Positions 1 through 13,100 of a stretch of DNA of 64,000 nucleotides are shown in pieces. Source of the stretch: Yuukianura sp. NJ FZ-2021 (lineage: Eukaryota); NCBI GenBank assembly GCA_046563655.1, contig CM102287.1, positions 3,162,001 through 3,226,000 of the forward strand, in the 5' to 3' direction. Each line of letters begins with the position of its first letter. Position 1 is the stretch's first letter. A program made the position numbers and the translations under genes. The notes below the pieces were generated by a model. That model saw nothing but the letters and a program-made list of their open reading frames with translations. It was not told where the DNA came from and ran no database searches.

Positions 1-3000
1 GTACTCCGCCGCTCATGCCCAGCACAGTTCCTCAGATCCCTCAGCAAGTCATGATGGCGGCTACTACCGGCATGTACTCTTCCGCTATGCCTACCGCACC
101 ACACCCTACAACGTTACCACTCGGTTACGATCCTAATGGTAAGCGTTAAAGCGTTTAGAACAAAACGATTTGAAAAACAAACGTTCTAGAAACGTCAACT
201 AAAGCGGAAAACGTTCTCATAATTTTAGCAATGATGCAGCCACAACAGCCGACAATAGCTCAAGTTCAAGGAATTCCATCAATTCCAAGTCAGAGTCGGT
301 CGATGTCAATTACTAGTCAAGAATCAGTGTAAGTGGATCCTTATTCTCACCACCGTAACCACTCTCTATTGTCTCTATGTATAACCACCGTAACCACTTT
401 CTGTGTATAACCACCGTAACCACTTTTTGTATGTTTTTAGCGTGTCGCCACTCATGGAATGGGCGGTTCCAAATCCTTCACGTCTCAAATATACGCAATT
501 GTTCAATCAAAACGATCGATCAAAGTCTGGGTTTCTCTCGGGAGTGCAAGCTAGAAATATTTTAATGGGAACGCAGCTACCGCAGCAAATTTTAGCAACA
601 GTTTGGGCCCTATCTGACTTGGATGCTGACGGACGTCTCTCCTGTGAAGAGTTCATTCTGTCAATGCACTTGTGTGATGTAGCTCGGCAGGTTGGTCAAA
701 ATTCGTCATTTTCAAGAAAGTTCTAAGAACATTCAAACTCATAACAAAGTCTTTATGTTTTAGACTGGGCGTTTACCACCTAAACTTCCTGCAGAACTGA
801 TTCCGCCTTCTTTCCGTTCCGGCGGAAGTAGAAAGCAGTCAATAAAAAGTGGAACTGGTTCTATTGTTCAAAGTGGACACAACACAGGGTCCAACACGCC
901 CACTTCCATGATTGAGCCGGAGCCTCTACTTTCTCCAGGTAACCAAAAAAACGGAATTTATACTCATTTTTTCATAAACTTTGATTCTTTGTGTTGAAAA
1001 TGTTTTTTTTTGTACAAAGGTGGAACTTCATTTGAAGACAAACGAAAAATGAACTACGACAAAGGTCAAGCCGAACTTGATCGACGTAGAAGAGTTCTCG
1101 AAGAAATTGCTGCTCGTGAACGTGAAGAGCGCGAAAGAAAAGAGCGTGAAGAATTTGAGAAACGTGAGAAACAGAGGTAAAATTGGTTCAAGATTTTTCA
1201 GTTTTGAGTTTGTTTTGATAATTTTTTAAATATTTTTGAAAGATTGGAGCAAGAGAGAAGAAAACAAGAGGAAATTGAGCGTCAGATGGCAATGCAACGA
1301 GAAATGGAAGAGCGGAGGATAGAAGAACTACGAAAAGCAGAGGAGCAGAAAGAAGCCGCTAGAAAGGAAATGGAGCGACAGCGGAGGCTGGAAATGGAAG
1401 AAAATAAGCGCTTGGAGCTACTCGCTCGGAGACAAAAAGAGCAGGACGAAGTGCTGCGTCTCAAGGGTGTCAATCATGGACTTGGACTAGAGTTGTCACA
1501 ATTGGTAATTAACTAATTAGTTGTTAATCATGATTAATCAAACACCTTAATCAATGATTAATCTGACTTGTTCTGTGATTTAGACCGAGAAGGTGAAAGA
1601 CTTGTCTGGAAAAATAACGGAGACGCGTGTGGGTGTGTCTACAGTCAAATCAGAGATTGATGGAATGCGAGCCAAACGGGATGGATTTATGAGTGAAAGT
1701 GGATCGCTAAAGAATCAACTCAAAGAACAAAATGCAAGGATGTTGCATGCTGCTCAAGAGAAAACACGACTTGAGCGACTTGCTACCGAAAGTGAAGTGA
1801 AACAGATAAGTCTGAAACAACTTCGTGAAAAGTTGCAGAATTTGAAAGAGGAAGTGAGTTATCATAATCAAAAAGTCATTTTTTTTTCAGTGAAACTCAT
1901 TTGATTTGAACTCTTTTTGTTCGTTTTAGCTCGCAAAGAAGCAGGGCGATGCGGATGTTGCTGTTGGTGAATTGAATGAACTGAAATCCACTTTATCCAC
2001 AGTAATTGAAAGTTGCATGTCAATTTATGAGGAGTATCAAGACAAGAGAGAGAAAGTTATTCAAATGAGGAAGAAGCATAATGCTGAATTTGACTACAAT
2101 GTGGCATGGGGTGCTCCTGTCAAGGCAGGCAGTTTTCAAGAAGAATCTCCGTCGAAAGATGACGGATTCGGTGGACCTGGATTTGCTACTGTCGGGGACG
2201 CTCCGGCCTACTACCGGGCTCTTTATGATTTCGAAGCTAGGAATCCTGATGAATTGGGATTTGTTGCTGGTTCAATAATACAGGTAACAATGGAAGTAAT
2301 TTAACGTTAATCGATTAATTGACTAAGCTCATTTGGTTTACATAGAGAGACGACAGTGTCGTTCCTGATCCTGGATGGCTCGCTGGGATTCTGGATGGAA
2401 AGTCAGGCTGGTTTCCGGAGTCATTTGTGGAAAGCATCGCAGCAGACGAGACAGCGGTGGTAGACTCGTAAGTTGTGTTTTTTGAAAGATTTTGAAAAGT
2501 AAAACTTTGAAAGAAAATTGCACGAAAATTTAAAAAACACCACCTTTTTTTTTTCGTCTGTTTAGAACGTCAGCTCCGGCTGGTCCAGTCTCCCAAGGAT
2601 CAGTGGACAGTCAGCAGTACAACCAAATCGGTGGAGGTGAAATTCCAAAAATCAACTTTTCGAAATTTTGAAATTTTAGTTAAAATTCAGTTTCGTAATT
2701 TTTGAAATTTTGATTTTAGAGTACTACGTGGCAATGTTTCCTTACACTTCAACCGAACCTGGAGACTTACCTTTTGATGCTGGCGAAATTATTCTTGTGA
2801 CACAAACAGAAGGAGAGTGGTGGACAGGCACCATTGGACAAGATCGTACTGGCATATTTCCTGCCAATTACGTTGCTAAACAAAGCGAAGTTGCGACGGA
2901 AGAGCCAGCATTTGAAAATTCCGCTGTCACTGAAGACGTTTTAGCTCCAATCAATAACTTTACAGCTGATTTTCCAGCATTTGAAGGCATGGGCTCCAAA

Positions 3001-6000
3001 ACTGAGCTGGAACCATTCGAAGAAGCAGAAATCAAACGAGAAATTTTTGAATTGGCCAAAGGACCGCCAAAGTCTCCCAAAACTGTCAAGACAAAGAAGT
3101 ACGAAATTGCTACAGTTTTGGCCAACTACCAAGGAAATGGCGCTGGCCAGCTGACTTTGACCAGAGGGCAGCTCATCACGGTTAGGAAAAAGTCGCAGTC
3201 TGGTTGGTGGGAAGGAGAGTTACAGGTAATCGATTAAATCAGAAACTAATAGATTGATTTCATGTAAATTAACTGTGTTACTATTTGATTTATAGGCAAA
3301 AGGAAAGAAACGAGAGTTGGGCTGGTTTCCGGGATCGTACGTAAAAATTCTCGGGCCGGGCGGCGGGTCGAGACAATCTTCGTCGCGGACAACGCCGATT
3401 CCATTTGATGACTTGATTATGCCCACGACGATAGCACCCGTCTATGCGGATTTTAGTAAATGTAAGTCCCTTTTTCAAAATTTTGAAAATTTTCAATTTG
3501 AAGTTTTTGAATTTTGAATTTCTGTTTGTAGCTGAGCAAATGGTTGCACTTTATCCATACTCTGCCCAGAATTCTGACGAATTGACGTTCGTGAAAGATG
3601 ACATTATCACGATCATTTCAAAGGACGAACCGGATTGGTGGAGAGGGCAACTAGGAACGGCCATTGGTCTCTTTCCGGTCAACTACGTACAACCTATAGA
3701 AGGCGAACAGACTAACAACCAATGTAAGTTACAACTTTGACCTTTGACCTGTTCTAGTTTCACTTCTCGTACACTTTTGATCGTTTCTAACGCTGCTGTG
3801 GAGAAGTTTGCATCTTTTTGAATTAGAGTTGTTTCATCACAGAAAAAAGTTACATTTGAGTGAACGGAATTTAAATTTTTCAATTGTTTCCAAATTTTTC
3901 AAACTTTTATGGAAATCGTAAACTCTGTCCTTTGTACATGTTTCTCTGTTTTGTTGTTTGTTTTAGGAAGCTAAAATTGTTCCACCTTCGCACTTCTCTC
4001 TTTCAAAATTTGGGCGAAGAGAAACTTTTAAAAAAAACTAAGACACGAGTCATGGCCCCTCCTTCCATGTTACAAGACAGGGAAAATCTTTTCGAAATTT
4101 TCGAAGTTCAACAAAATTCAACCGAAAATTGTTGATTTGAGTCATCACAACTTGTGATTCACAATTGAAAATGTTGGAATAACTTGGAAAATTCAAGTGT
4201 CTTCTAGTCAAAATGGAAACTTTGTGCAGAAATGACCTCTGATGAAATCATCACTGTTGATGATCATGCTGAGTTACGCTGGAAGTGTTAAAACAGCGAT
4301 TTTAGCTTTAATATCTTCAATCTTTCTCTGTAGTAGGACATTTTAGGAGTTAAGATTCAAGAAGTAGTGTTTTTTAGAACTTTTTTGAAAAGCAAATTCT
4401 GAAAAACAAGAGTTGAATCTGAACAAATTGTCAAAAAAATCTTTTGCTGGCAGCGCCGTCGAAAAAGTTCGGTGCTGATTCACTAATCGCTGCTAAAAAA
4501 AAAGTTTAATGGAAATTGTTGGCCTCTGTTGGTTAAAAATGTTTGAACATTTTTGATTTTCCTTTTGAATTTTTGATTTTACGAGTCAAAAGTTATATAT
4601 TTTGAAATAATTTGTTCAAAAAGTATGATAATTTTAACAAATCAAAGTTAAATTTAATTGTTATCTTAATTAACACTAATTTTCTTACATTGTTTTTAAT
4701 TAGTAATCAAACTTTAGTTATAGTTTTGAGTTAGTGCCGCTGTTAGCCTGGTTTGTAACATGGTAGGTGGGGTGTGTCTCGTTTTGTTTTCGTTTTTTCT
4801 TAACTTTCCTTCACCTAGTTGCACACTAGTTTTTCATTTTTGAACTTTTTGATACAAAATTTTCGATCCATTTGATCGAAAATTTTGAACGAAAACCTCA
4901 CCTTACCACTAAATGTTGCAAATCGGGTCATTTTATGCCGGGTTTGTGTTATTACCTTAAAATTTAGTTGACTGAAAAATCGAACTTGCAAAGACCTTTT
5001 ATTTGCTCAGTGTATGAAAAACCTTGTTATTTAGGTTTAGACAAAAATTTGTATCAAAGTTTTGAGATCTGAGTGACCCTTGAAGTCTCTTTTAATGCAA
5101 TCTTACGTAATTTCCAAAATGATATTAGTTAAAAACTTAATTTTAATTAAAATTTTGGAGAATAAAGGCAGAATGACACCTAAGTGTTGTGTCTCGCCTA
5201 AGCATTCCAGGACTCGATGACTCAATTATGAAAATGTTATAAATTTTAGTCAATTTAAAATATAACTTAGAACCAGTTTTAAAACTTAACTAAAGATATG
5301 ACACATTTGACCTTTGACCCGGTTTGCACATTGACCCAGGAAGTACTGCAATAACAGTAATAAAAAGAAACATTAGTCATGTTTTTATCATAAATTCTGA
5401 AAAAAAGGAACATTTTTTTGAAAATTGGTTTGAAAAGGATGAAAATATTCAAAAACTGTTCTAAATATAAATGTTTTTTTCACTTGACCTTTGTGGTGCC
5501 TAGGGGGAGGAGGAACCAACGAAGGTCATTTCGCACAAAACAACAATAATGGTGGAGGTCAAGCCTACGAAGAAGACGATGACGACTGGGATGACGATGG
5601 TCCAGGTCAAGGTCAGGGGTCACGGGACATGATGACCGGTGACAACGGAAGTTGGAGTGGCAGTGACCTCATGTCAACTCCAAGACCGGAGTCCCGTGAC
5701 ACGACGATGTCCGAAGCATATTTTCAGCAGCGACAGCACTTTGAACCGGTTTTCGACCTCGGCGGAATTCGGTTTTCGACGTACTCGATTGACATGAGTT
5801 TCGGACCGGAAGAGACTTTGAGACAAGAAGCGATCAAAGAGCTGCTCAACACGGAACAAAACTATATCAATGACATGGTCAATGTCAGAAAGGTAAAAGG
5901 AATTAATTAACATAATATATTAATTAATATAACATATTTTAATTGATTTTGATTTGTTTTTGCAGTACTTTAAAGATCCAATACGTGATTCCAAAATCCT

Positions 6001-8511
6001 GACCTCGGATGACCTCTGTACAATTTTTGTCAACTGGGAGGAACTGATTGACTGCAGCTTCAAGCTCCTCAAGGCCTTCAAAATCCGAACAGGACACGAG
6101 AGCAAGGCGGTGTTCATCGTCGGTGACATCTTATGTCAGCATGTAAGTTTTTGAAAAAACCGGATTTTGTAAAAAAAAATTTTGTCAAAATTTCGAAATT
6201 TTTGTTTTTAGATGCCAGCAATGAAAGTGTACATCCGTTTTTGCAGTGCCCAGTTACGCAGCGCTGCGTTCCTACAAAACAAGACTGAAACGAATCCCGA
6301 CTTTCGGGAACTGACGAAACGCTTACAAGGAAATCCAGCGACACAAAATCTACCTCTGAGTTCTTTTCTCATCAAACCAATGCAGCGAATCACTAGATAC
6401 CCGCTACTGATCAAGAAGGTACTAACCTAACATAACTAACGTGAAATTAAGCTTGACCTTTGACCTTTGACCTTTGACATTTTTCCAGATTCTGGAGCAT
6501 ACTCCTGACAGTCACCCGGACAGGCAGAACCTGGAAGAGGCTTTGGCCAAAGCAGAAGAACTTTGCGCCCAAGTTAACGAAGGAGTCCGGGAGAAAGAGA
6601 ATTCGGATCGACTGGAGTGGATGCAAACGCATATCAACTGCATCGGACTAGAAGAGCGCTTGATTTTCAACTCAACCACAAATTCACTCGGACCAAGAAA
6701 GTTCCTACATCATGGAATACTCAAAAAGGTAACCAAAATTTTGAAAAAGTTTCGTTTTTTTTTGAAATTCCTTAACATGACTTTTCGAAAACAGACGAAA
6801 AGCGGCAAGGAACTGCTCGGACTGCTGTTCAACGACTTCTTGCTGCTCGCTCAACCAACCAAAATTTTCAATCAGAGTCAATTCTCGTTTGACCGAAATC
6901 GGGACCAAAAGTTCAAAATCTACAGAAAGGTGAGAATTCATTATAATAAATACACTTTTTAATAAAGCTTCATGGTAAACACCGATTAATCTGTAGGAAA
7001 GATTTCAAAATTTTGATTTTGATTTTTATAATATTTTTGTTTGACGTTTAGCCGCTGTTTCTGAACGAAATTTCGGTGACTGAGGATGGATTGAGTGAAG
7101 CTGAATTTTCAATTAGAAGTGAAAAGAAGGCAAGTCAGTTGGTCGTTGCTGCTCCCGGGGGAACTGAAAAACGATTGTGGATCAAATGTATCTCCGAAGC
7201 ACAAAAAAGTTACCATCGCGTTCAACAACAGTATTTGCAAAGGCAGCAGTCAAGTAAGGCTTCGATTCTACAAAAATATCTAACGCCTATACAAAATTAA
7301 GCTAAAACGATTTTTCGAAGAGTTATTGGACAGAAACTGCAAAAAACCTGAGCGCTTTTAGTACTTTTCTCATTCCAGGACACCTTTTTTTTGAAATTTT
7401 AAATTTTTTGAAAAAGTAATTGTAAGTTTTTGTTCAGAAAAAGTGAAAGGTGCAGTTGGGCGCCTGTTGGTAACCGTGATGGAGGCGACTTGTCTTTGTT
7501 TAAGAGATAGGAGTGGTAAGAATCGCTGAAAAACGAAATTGCTTAGCAATTTTCACAAAAGCAATTTAGCAATTTTCAAAAAACTTGGCAATTTCAGCTA
7601 ACTTTGCAACTTCCTCATTCACAACTGCATGAATCGCTGCTAGAACACTGATTTCTGCGTGCAGTGTTGTAGTTTTAGTAACTTTAGCGTATTGGTTTTT
7701 TTTTTCAAAATTTTAATTACTTTGTGACTAATTTTGTATTTGCTGCACTCACTCTAATTCTTTGTGTAAATTTTAGTTCGAAGGCGTCGCCCCCTTGGTT
7801 ATCTTAAGGTTAAGGTTGTGGAAGGCACTAATTTGACTAATCGAAACCCGCATGGTAGAATCTAGTTTTTTTGCAAATCGGGCTTAACTGTGTGTGTTGT
7901 GACTAATTTTAGCAAAATTAACTCTCAACCTCAGTTTGCGAATTTTTTGCAACAATTTGCATTGAAGCGTGATATCCTGCTTCGTTGCTTCTCTTTTTTG
8001 CTCGACAGACTCAAAAGTTTCTACAAATCTGCATGAGATGCTTTGCTAAAATCTGTAAATGCTTTGGAAATCATGAAATTATGAAGTTGTATTTGCCTTT
8101 TTGAAATTGACCTCGTTTGATCTCTAGGGAAAAGCGATCCTTACTGTGAAGTTAGTTTGGGATCAGAAGTGAAACAGACGAGAGTGATCAATGGAACGCT
8201 GAATCCGCGCTGGAACGACTCCATGCAGTTTTCAGTCAAAGATCTCAACGAAGATATTCTTAGCTTTACTGTTTATGACAAAGATCATTTTTCACCGGAC
8301 CGTACGTTTTGACTTTAAATTTCAAAAAAGAGTTTCAAAATTTTGAAATTTTTCTCTCTTTACAGAATTTTTAGGACGAACGGAACTCCGAATTTCGTCA
8401 ATTGCACAAATCAGGAATCAAAAGAATCCATGGACCAAAACATTTCCATTACTTGAAATTGAATCAGGAGAAATTACTATCAAATTACACCTACAAATTT
8501 TCGAAAAATGA
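1..8511 (+). CDS. ITSN: Intersectin (Dap160/ITSN), long form; 5' end lies outside the window
   Basis: Spliced ORFs encode an EH domain ([16 protein letters not shown]...[13 protein letters not shown], 441-690), a KELRQ-type coiled coil (1020-1853) and four SH3 domains ([31 protein letters not shown]). These are followed by DH ([15 protein letters not shown]...[14 protein letters not shown]), PH and C2 (GKSDPYCEV...LNPRWND...[10 protein letters not shown]). Last exon 8366-8511 ends in TGA. GT-AG boundaries were read by hand. Confidence 0.95.
7438..7515 (+). other. Intersectin C2 alternative exon A (78 nt)
   Basis: ttcag|...|gtaag; phase 1/1; [27 protein letters not shown]. Confidence 0.85.
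7777..7854 (+). other. Intersectin C2 alternative exon B (78 nt)
   Basis: ttttag|...|gtaga; phase 1/1; [27 protein letters not shown]. Confidence 0.8.
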
Positions 8512-8919
8512 AAACTTTCAAATTTTGAAAAAAATGAACAATTTAGTTCCAATTTCTAATTTAGCTCTGTAGTTAAACTCTGTTCACAAAAGTTCAGGCA
8601 GAATCACATGAAAATCTTTAGCAAAATATTCAGTTTCTTATGATTTTTTGTGATTTGCAAAACTTGAAATCGAGAAAATGTCAAAGTAAATTATTGCATT
8701 TTGCAAATTTTCTGCAAATTGTAGCAAATTCGTAAATTTTATTGCCATTTTTCCATAATTAACTTTCCAACTCAAAACTGAAATGTAATGCGGATAATCT
8801 AAAGTTGTGAGAGACTGACTACTAACTTTGGGTTATAAAATTATGTAAATTTGCTAATTCTAATTAACTTTTCAACCTAACATGAACTTTTCATGTAAAA
8901 ATTGTTACCTTAGTGTACT

Positions 8920-9754
8920 TTAGTATGCGTTGATGTCTTCGATGTCATCTCCATAGTTGTTGTCCAGTGCCGGCATGACGTTATGTGTAAGGTCATCGAC
9001 TCTTTGCTGATGAGCGTCCCATGGATCAGGGCCGGCAGCTCTAGCAAACTTGCCTCCCAGAATGGCCTTGTCCAGTGACAGTTTTCCAGCGATGAGTGGC
9101 ACAATCAGCGCCAGTAGAAATTGAACTACTGTCCAGATTCCGACGATGACGAACACGAAGATGACGATGGGGAAGAGCAAGTCTCCTTTGGCACCCAGAG
9201 CAGAGCCGATCCAAGTCTGAGGGAGGTATGAAGGGCCCATGAACCCTGGAAATCCAGCGTACCCTCCAGGGTACATTGAGCCGCCAAGAATTGGATCGAA
9301 TGCTGGCGGTGGTGGGGCTGGAACGCCTGAAAAAACGAAAAGTTTCAAGTTTGGCCAGCATTTTAGTGAAATGAACTTTTTTTGAAACTTTTCAAAATTT
9401 CGAAATTTACCTGGAAGTGGGGCTGCTGCTGGTGGGGCCGGTGGGGCTGCTGCTGGAGTTCCGCCGGCAAACAGTGAAGCTAGTAGAGGTCCATATGAAG
9501 CAGGAACGGCAGGCGGGGGTGGTGGTGGCGGTGGGGCATTGCTGGAACAAAAATGAACATTTTTTAGCCAATCAGGAATTAGCGTCAAGTTGAATTCCAA
9601 AAATCGCTTCAAAAATCGGTGCTTACCTTGTTTCAGGGTCTGTGGATGATGAACTTGAAGACACTGATTCCTTGACGATGTGATTTGACATCTGACCGAC
9701 AGCAATTTGACCCAAACACAATGTGACCAAGGTCACGAGCGAAACAGTCTTCAT
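8920..9754 (-). CDS. Uncharacterised membrane protein with signal peptide and Pro/Ala-rich region
   Basis: Exons 9754-9627 (MKTVSLVTLVTLCLGQIAVG, signal-like), 9541-9411 (poly-Pro) and 9326-8920 (hydrophobic LLFPIVIFVFVIVGIWTVVQFLLALIVPLIAG). Frame is kept across GT-AG introns. Confidence 0.75.
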
Positions 9755-10145
9755 GTTTCCTAACTGTAGAGTGACCTTGTTGACCTTGATGTTGACTTTG
9801 ACAAACCAAGTTCCAGAAGACGACTGAAAAGTTTTTCATGCTTCCAAGTATTACTTATAACCTCGGTGTCTCGCACACGCTAACTTTTGATTTGCAATTT
9901 TACTCACATCAATTTGCATTTTTGCCCAAGAAAACTCCAAAATGGCATGAAAAAAAAACTTTTTGCAAACAATTCAATGAAAAAAGGAACAGAGAGATTT
10001 AATTTATTTGAGCAAAGACGTTGGATTTTTTAGCGAACGGAAGTCTAGAGGTCAGTAACCCACCTATAGCATCACGAAAGTTACAAAATTTCCATTTTTT
10101 TTTTTCAAAATTTTACATATATTTTTTTTTCAAAATTTTGTAACT

Positions 10146-13100
10146 TTATGCTCTCGATGTTCCAATCCAGGAGTTGTAGTGAGCAATGTTGGTAAATACC
10201 GATGGAAGATCTGGATCTGAAGCACAGTCTCCTTGACCCCAACTCACAACTGAAAACAAAGGTCAAAGGTCAGGGCAAGGTCACTACCAAGTCCATCAAA
10301 TTTTGAAATTTTTTGGAAAAAATTGTCAACAGGTCACCACCAAGTCCATCAAATTTTGAAATTTTTTGAAAAAAAAATGTCAACTTAAGTCGTAGCAGGT
10401 AAAATGGTCAAAGTAATTTAGTCAAAAAGTGAAAATGTCAACTGTGGCAAAAAGTAGTTTAGTTGTGGTTTGGCTGTTTTATTATTATGCTGATCCTTTC
10501 ACTTTTTGACCAAATTGCTGTTGACCAAATTGCATGGCACCACTTACGTCCAGCCAAGTACGGAACTGCCCCATTTCTACAAACGAATCCAGACCCAGAA
10601 TCGCCGTGACACGTTCCCTTGTACGGTTCGTTAGCACAGATCATGCCCATTGTGATCGGCGTCTCAGGAAATATCTCTCCCCAGAGATCAGTGCACTCCA
10701 CGCGGTCAACCATGGTCAGCTCAACTTTCTGGAGAACGTCAGGAGTGGGGTCACTCTCCATAGTACTGCCCCACCCAACGGCAGTACACACTCCGGTCGG
10801 CACGGTACTGCTCGGAGCAATTCCGATTTTATCCACGGTACTACCGAACGTCAACGGTCCACTCAGCGTCAAAACGGCAATGTCGTTGTCAAACGTCTCC
10901 CTGAAACACAAAAGTATGAAATTAATCCGCGCCGTGAATTTAGTTAATTAGTGAATTAGGCGTTGTTAGCCTAATCCTGACTTTTTACAAAAGTCCTTCT
11001 GTAGGAAGTTAGAAAGTGTGATGGTCTTTTCAAAAAACAATATTTTGGAATTTTTTAAATTTCCATAAAAAAGGAAAATTCACTTTAGTGAATTTGTTAC
11101 AGTATTTTAACTCACAGACTAAATCCTGGGTGAATTCTGACACTGGAACCAAGAACTTTCTGTTCGCTGCCATTTGGATTTTCGATATTGATGATTCCGG
11201 CGACAACGGTCACGGTGGAGGCTGGAACGTCGCCTTCTTCAGTCCGGAAGCAGTGTGCTGCTGTAAGGATTGTGCGGGAATCGAAGATGACTCCACCACA
11301 AAACTTGTCCGGATTGGTCGTACCGGGTTGCGGTTTTTGCAGAGATACTTGCCAAGGGAATTCGCCTAAAGCCGCATCCGAACCGTTCACGATTTTTTTC
11401 GGCGGAAGTTGTCTAAAAAGAGCTGAAACTATCGGTGACAGTTTTTTCCCGGGAATGAACGGTGAAGCTAAGAAATCAAAGTTAAAATTTATGAAAATTA
11501 TGACAAAACTTAAGAAAGGATGGTTTTCGTTAAGGGGCTTATTTTGGCCCATCAAAAAATCATTGATGTGCATGTTACAGGAACGTAAAATTTTCAAGTT
11601 AAGTTCATGGAACATCGATATTGAAATTGCCAAATTTACATGTTCCTGTACCATGCACATCATATCGATATGTATTTCACAATGATGACGATTTTGGAAG
11701 ATTTGGGGTCGGGGAACACCAAAACTAGCAGGAAATCACCATGGCAACCAACATTGTAATTGCGAGCATTGATTATTAACGAGTTTGGCACAAAAAGTTT
11801 CAACTTTTTTGTTACTAAAAACAAAATCCTTGACCAAATCGGAAGGAAATTGTCGGTGTCGGAAGGAGATAAACTCCAAGATTTCATCAAGTAAAAATTT
11901 TAGATTTTGATGGGACTTAGCAAGGTTTCATCAAGTAAAAATTGTAGATATTGATGGGACTAAGCTAGATTTCATCAAGGAAAAATTTTAGATATTGATG
12001 GGACTAAGCTAGATTTCATCAAGGAAAAATTTTAGATATTGATGGGACTAAGCTAGATTTCATCAAGTAAAAATTTTAGATATTGATGGGACTTAGCTTG
12101 ATTGCGTCAAGAACAAATTTTAGGCTATGATGGGAATTAGCAGATCCTCCTCTTGTAAAAATTTTAGACATTCGTGGGACTTAGCTAGATTGCGGCCAGA
12201 AGAAATTTTAGGCTATGCTGGGAATCAGCAGATTTTCATCTACCAAAAATTTTAGACATTCATGGGACTTAGCTAGATTGCGTCAATAACAAATTTTAGG
12301 CTATGCTGGGAATTAGCAGATCCTCCTCATGTAAAAATTTTAGACATTCATGGGACATCAAGTAAAAATTTTTCCTTGATGAAATCTAGCTTAGTCCCAT
12401 CAATATCTAAAATTTTTCCTTGATGAAATCTAGCTTAGTCCCATCAATATCTAAAATTTTTCCTTGATGAAATCTAGCTTAGTCCCATCAATATCTAAAA
12501 TTTTTCCTTGATGAAATCTAGCTTAGTCCCATCAATATCTAAAATTTTTCCTTGATGAAATCTAGCTTAGTCCCATCAATATCTAAAATTTTTCCTTGAT
12601 GAAATCTAGCTTAGTCCCATCAATATCTAAAATTTTTCCTTGATGAAATCTAGCTTAGTCCCATCAATATCTAAAATTTTTCCTTGATGAAATCTAGCTT
12701 AGTCCCATCAATATCTAAAATTTTTCCTTGATGAAATCTAGCTTAGTCCCATCAATATCTAAAATTTTTCCTTGATGAAATCTAGCTTAGTCCCATCAAT
12801 ATCTAAAATTTTTCCTTGATGAAATCTAGCTTAGTCCCATCAATATCTAAAATTTTTCCTTGATGAAATCTAGCTTAGTCCCATCAATATCTAAAATTTT
12901 TCCTTGATGAAATCTAGCTTAGTCCCATCAATATCTAAAATTTTTCCTTGATGAAATCTAGCTTAGTCCCATCAATATCTAAAATTTTTCCTTGATGAAA
13001 TACTCCATAAAATCCAATAGGCGAAAACTCCAACGTGTTTCTTGCTAAGCTACGCTCCAGGTTTTGCAAGAAAGAAATCAGAAAAGCTTTCGTTCGCTTC

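Noticed and set aside
349..424. Three accaccgtaaccact repeats producing ORFs 377-565 and 403-726 starts
   Set aside because: Small intronic tandem repeat; the real exon starts at 441.
3758..3790. Possible short-form terminal exon right after the DR1 at 3738
   Set aside because: It would need a 34-nt intron, shorter than the other introns here; the acceptor at 3967 is more plausible.
10595..10625. GDSGSG instead of GDSGGP in the protease
   Set aside because: The catalytic Ser is retained, and this is a tolerated variant in arthropod S1 proteases.
12370..13000. CRISPR-like regular repeats
   Set aside because: Units are contiguous with no unique spacers, there are no cas genes, and the context is a eukaryotic intron.
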